Shown here in pieces: positions 29,437 through 32,000 of a DNA stretch of 32,000 nucleotides (its first letter is position 1; every line of letters starts with the position of its first letter). Source of the stretch: Puniceicoccales bacterium (lineage in GTDB: Bacteria > Verrucomicrobiota > Verrucomicrobiia > Opitutales > JAIRLG01). Under the pieces are notes generated by a model. It worked only from the letters and a program-made list of their open reading frames with translations. It did not search any database and was not told the DNA's origin. The DNA lies in assembly GCA_031288595.1 (NCBI GenBank), contig JAITRB010000007.1:36286-68285 (forward strand), in the 5' to 3' direction. Both the position numbers and the translations under genes were made by a program.

Positions 29437-30282
29437 CTAGAAGCTGGCGTCGAGGGAGCTCGAAAACCAAACCGTGTTCTTGTGACCTTTGTAGAGGTAG
29501 TGCTTCTTTCGGTTAGCACCCTGCCAATTTACCCCGATACTCGCCGAGAGATTTGGATTGAATTCATAGCCCAAATCTACTCCAGCGCCCCAATAGGGAC
29601 CGGATTTCTGCTTGCCTGCTAAGTCTCCGCCGGCCTTGAAGCGACCGCTTTTGGTTCCTGGTTTCTCCGTGCGTGCCCAACCGCAATGAGCCGATGGGGT
29701 CAAGGAAAATCCGCTCAGGCCCGAGGAACCCAGGTCGAAATTGTGCCCTAGGCCCAACTTGATATTATCCCTGCCCAGCGTGAAATTGTGGGCGTAGGCT
29801 AGACTGGGTTTCAGGAGCACGTTGAACTTGAACAATAGACGAACCACGTGTCTGTAGGTCTTGCCTCCGCCATCTCTAACGGCCTTGCGGTTGCCTCCAA
29901 GCTGGGCATTGGTGTAGCGCAGGTCTAGGGTCAGAGGAAGATATTCCGCAAAATTATAGGCTCCACCCACGTAAAAATCATAGCCATTGTCATCGGCATC
30001 CTTTATGTAGAGGCCATTCTCATTGCCGATATAGATCTTGGCGTTACCGCAGAGCGATTTGCTAAGGTTGATGTCTGTCGTGAAAAAGGGTGCTTTGACT
30101 GATCCTCTGTATCCGTAGGCGGTATCCTCGCCATCGAAGCGCAAGCTGCTGCTGAGTAGCACGGGAAGTTCGTCCGCGCTGACGGAATTGACCTCGTCGG
30201 CATTGCTGCCGTCGTCAGCCCCTAGAAAGCTCGCCGAAGTCATCCCTAGGACTAGGACAGAGCATAGAATTTTCCTATTCAT
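29437..30282 (-). CDS. Putative outer-membrane beta-barrel protein (281 aa)
   Basis: Signal peptide MNRKILCSVLVLGMTSASFLGA, alternating aromatic/hydrophobic strands (GYDFYVGGAYNF, YWGAGVDLGYEF) and a C-terminal aromatic signature VWFSSSLDASF. GC is low; line 29521-29580 counts 45%. Confidence 0.75.
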   Translation of the reverse strand: MNRKILCSVLVLGMTSASFLGADDGSNADEVNSVSADELPVLLSSSLRFDGEDTAYGYRGSVKAPFFTTDINLSKSLCGNAKIYIGNENGLYIKDADDNGYDFYVGGAYNFAEYLPLTLDLRYTNAQLGGNRKAVRDGGGKTYRHVVRLLFKFNVLLKPSLAYAHNFTLGRDNIKLGLGHNFDLGSSGLSGFSLTPSAHCGWARTEKPGTKSGRFKAGGDLAGKQKSGPYWGAGVDLGYEFNPNLSASIGVNWQGANRKKHYLYKGHKNTVWFSSSLDASF

Positions 30283-30772
30283 GGGTTTATTTTGTGGTTT
30301 AATCCAGTGTTTTTACAGCTGAGCTGATTAGCCTTTTTTTTCTGTTGAAGAGCATGCCCTCTGTCAATCTTTTTTGTATTTTTTGGGGAAATTAATGAGC
30401 ATTTCTACTCACATTTCCTTTTTCCTTCGGAAAATTCTCTCTGAACTCGGCTCTATTCTGTCGAAAATGATCTGGGGCCTTTCTAAAGGCTCCGCTGTAA
30501 CTGCCTTTCCTTTGTGTTTCCGATGGAAATCCCTTGCTCCCTCTTGCCTTTATCTAGGCTCCCTGCTCTGGGTTTGCTAGCTGCCCTGTGTTCCATCAAA
30601 GACACCGAGGGAACTCTCCCCTTTGGGGGCTTCTCGAGGAGATCCCCTTGTGGCTTCCTTATCAGGTCTTCTGTGCTCTGGTTTTTCCTTCATTCGACCT
30701 GCTTCTGCGCATGATCCGTGGAGGAGTGGCAAGGATATCGGCTTCTTCCCAAAAAAATTTTCCGTTTCTAGG

Positions 30773-30802
30773 TAAAAAAAAGACCCTCCAAGAGGAGGGT
30801 CT
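30773..30802 (-). terminator. Rho-independent terminator downstream of the second OMP gene
   Basis: The minus strand reads AGACCCTCC-tctt-GGAGGGTCT (9-bp stem) followed by T8, 38 nt after the stop at 30840. Confidence 0.75.
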
Positions 30803-30839
30803 GCATTTTCTGAAAATTCCCTGATTACAGATTAGCTCT

Positions 30840-32000
30840 TTAGAAGCTATACTCGAAGGAAGTGGTGAACCAGATGTGGTTCCGATGTTTTTCATGGGGC
30901 CAGGACTTCTTCTTCGCTAGACCCTGGTATTCCACCCCGATTTTGGCTGCACTGTTGGAGTTAATTTCATAGACGAGCGCTGTTCCAAGGGTCCAGTAGA
31001 CGGAGGATTTCTTCGCCCCCTGATCCCATAGTAACTGCTGGGCTACGGCCTTTTTCATACCCCAGGGCCTGGTTTTCTTATCCCAGCCCAAAACCGCGAC
31101 CACATCTATCGAAAATCCGTTGGCGCCGAAGGAGGATAGATCCAGCAAGTAATCGGCTTTGGCTTCGACGTTGTGCCTCTTCTCCGTGAAACCGTGGGTG
31201 TAGTAGAGAGACAGGTCTAACGGGTGATCCAACAGGCCATTGGCCGTCATTCCCAGGTAGATCTCGTAGCCACGTCTCTTGATTCCCATGGATTTGGCGT
31301 CCTTCATATTTTCTGTTCCGAACAACCTACCCAACGGCGTACCTCCGGGGGCCACCAATGCGTCCAACATGGCCCCTACGGCATTCGGATCATCTAGAAT
31401 TGCATCTGAAGCGATTACTGTATCTGCTGCAGCTGCAGCTGCTGCAGCTGCAGCTGCTGCAGCTGTATCTGCTGCAGCTGGATCTGCTGCAGCTGCAGCT
31501 GGATCTGCTGCAGCTGGAATGCGAGCGCCAGCACCACTTCCTGTTTCAGGAGCACCACTTCCTGCAGGGGGGACTGGGGTGCTCGAAGGTGTAGCTGCAC
31601 TCGAAGATGTAGCTGTTGTCCCCTGAGTCAACCTACCTAGGGCTCTCGCGCGAAGCGAATCAGCCTGGGTTACGCTGAGTCCTATGATATTTTCAAATCT
31701 CTCGAAAATCAAGTTCATTTCGTCGAAATTAGCTATTCTGGAGGTCTGTACAGCCCTGATGGCCTGATCGATGTCCTGGAGCGCCTGGTCGTAATGCTCC
31801 CTTACATTTCTCCACAGACGGGCCCTGAAGCCGAAGTCGACGGTGAAGACCTCGGTGACATCGTAGGATGCCCCTAGGCTGAATTCGTGCCGATTATAGA
31901 CGGACTTCTTAGCTCCTAACCAGTTCTTGTTCCAGAAATAGAGCTCGAGGCCCTCGAGAGGCGAGACGCCGATCCGGACGCTCGGCGTGAAGACCTGCTG
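30840..32000 (-). CDS. Paralogous outer-membrane beta-barrel protein with a large loop insertion (5' end beyond window)
   Basis: The track ORF starts at ATG 31718. My in-frame reading upstream stays open to position 32000 (..QQVFTPSVRIGVSPLEGLELYFWNKNWLGAKKSVYNRHEFSLGASYDVTEVFTVDFGFRARLWRNVREHYDQ..), so the gene is longer than the track shows. The C-terminus SVYWTLGTALVYEINSNSAAKIGVEYQGLAKKKSWPHEKHRNHIWFTTSFEYSF aligns with GPYWGAGVDLGYEFNPNLSASIGVNWQGANRKKHYLYKGHKNTVWFSSSLDASF of the neighbouring gene. Confidence 0.7.
   Translation of the reverse strand, partial: QQVFTPSVRIGVSPLEGLELYFWNKNWLGAKKSVYNRHEFSLGASYDVTEVFTVDFGFRARLWRNVREHYDQALQDIDQAIRAVQTSRIANFDEMNLIFERFENIIGLSVTQADSLRARALGRLTQGTTATSSSAATPSSTPVPPAGSGAPETGSGAGARIPAAADPAAAAADPAAADTAAAAAAAAAAAAADTVIASDAILDDPNAVGAMLDALVAPGGTPLGRLFGTENMKDAKSMGIKRRGYEIYLGMTANGLLDHPLDLSLYYTHGFTEKRHNVEAKADYLLDLSSFGANGFSIDVVAVLGWDKKTRPWGMKKAVAQQLLWDQGAKKSSVYWTLGTALVYEINSNSAAKIGVEYQGLAKKKSWPHEKHRNHIWFTTSFEYSF
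31421..31517. repeat. In-frame GCTGCA/GCTGCT microsatellite with TATCT/GATCT punctuation, encoding a poly-Ala tract
   Basis: [TATCT(GCTGCAGCTGCAGCTGCTGCAGCTGCAGCTGCTGCAGCTG)] [TATCT GCTGCAGCTG] [GATCT GCTGCAGCTGCAGCTG] [GATCT GCTGCAGCTG]. On the minus strand this translates to AAADPAAAAADPAAADTAAAAAAAAAAAAADT inside the OMP paralog. Confidence 0.9.

Noticed and set aside
31421-31517. Tandem repeats that might be mistaken for a CRISPR array or a non-coding satellite
   Set aside because: Units are 6 nt with no spacers, and they lie in frame inside a coding region (poly-Ala). There are no cas genes in the window.

Overview
This 32-kb window looks like core chromosome at roughly 60% GC, judged from hand counts of a few sample lines. 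The protein styles suggest a PVC-superphylum (Verrucomicrobiota-like) bacterium, but that is inference only. Most genes are housekeeping: secD (partial) and yajC, an OppB-type permease, a SurA-like chaperone, an atypical ClpX-like AAA+ ATPase, rpoZ, smpB, rpsT, tRNA-Leu(GAG), a stand-alone CysJ-type reductase module, thyX, fabF-accB-accC-der, a substrate-binding/permease fusion, atpG-atpD-X-atpC, and an M42 peptidase. There is also a PilM/PilN-like three-gene cluster and two low-GC paralogous outer-membrane beta-barrel genes. I saw no transposase, integrase, CRISPR array, rRNA or recognisable defence gene. The most unusual signal is non-coding. Seven intergenic elements of 82-114 nt (5191, 7434, 12586, 18515, 21986, 23791, 27889) share one architecture: a 9-15 bp closing stem enclosing three hairpins joined by 0-2 nt linkers. 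Stem sequences differ between copies while pairing is kept, and the elements sit at operon boundaries. Secondary points of interest are an F1 ATPase operon that lacks atpA and carries an unknown gene translationally coupled to atpC, a PilM-N fusion cluster with no secretin, ATPase or pilin, an orphan low-GC 476-aa gene, and a (GCTGCA)n poly-Ala tract inside a large loop insertion of one OMP paralog. All functional calls come from reading motifs in the supplied translations. No database search was run.
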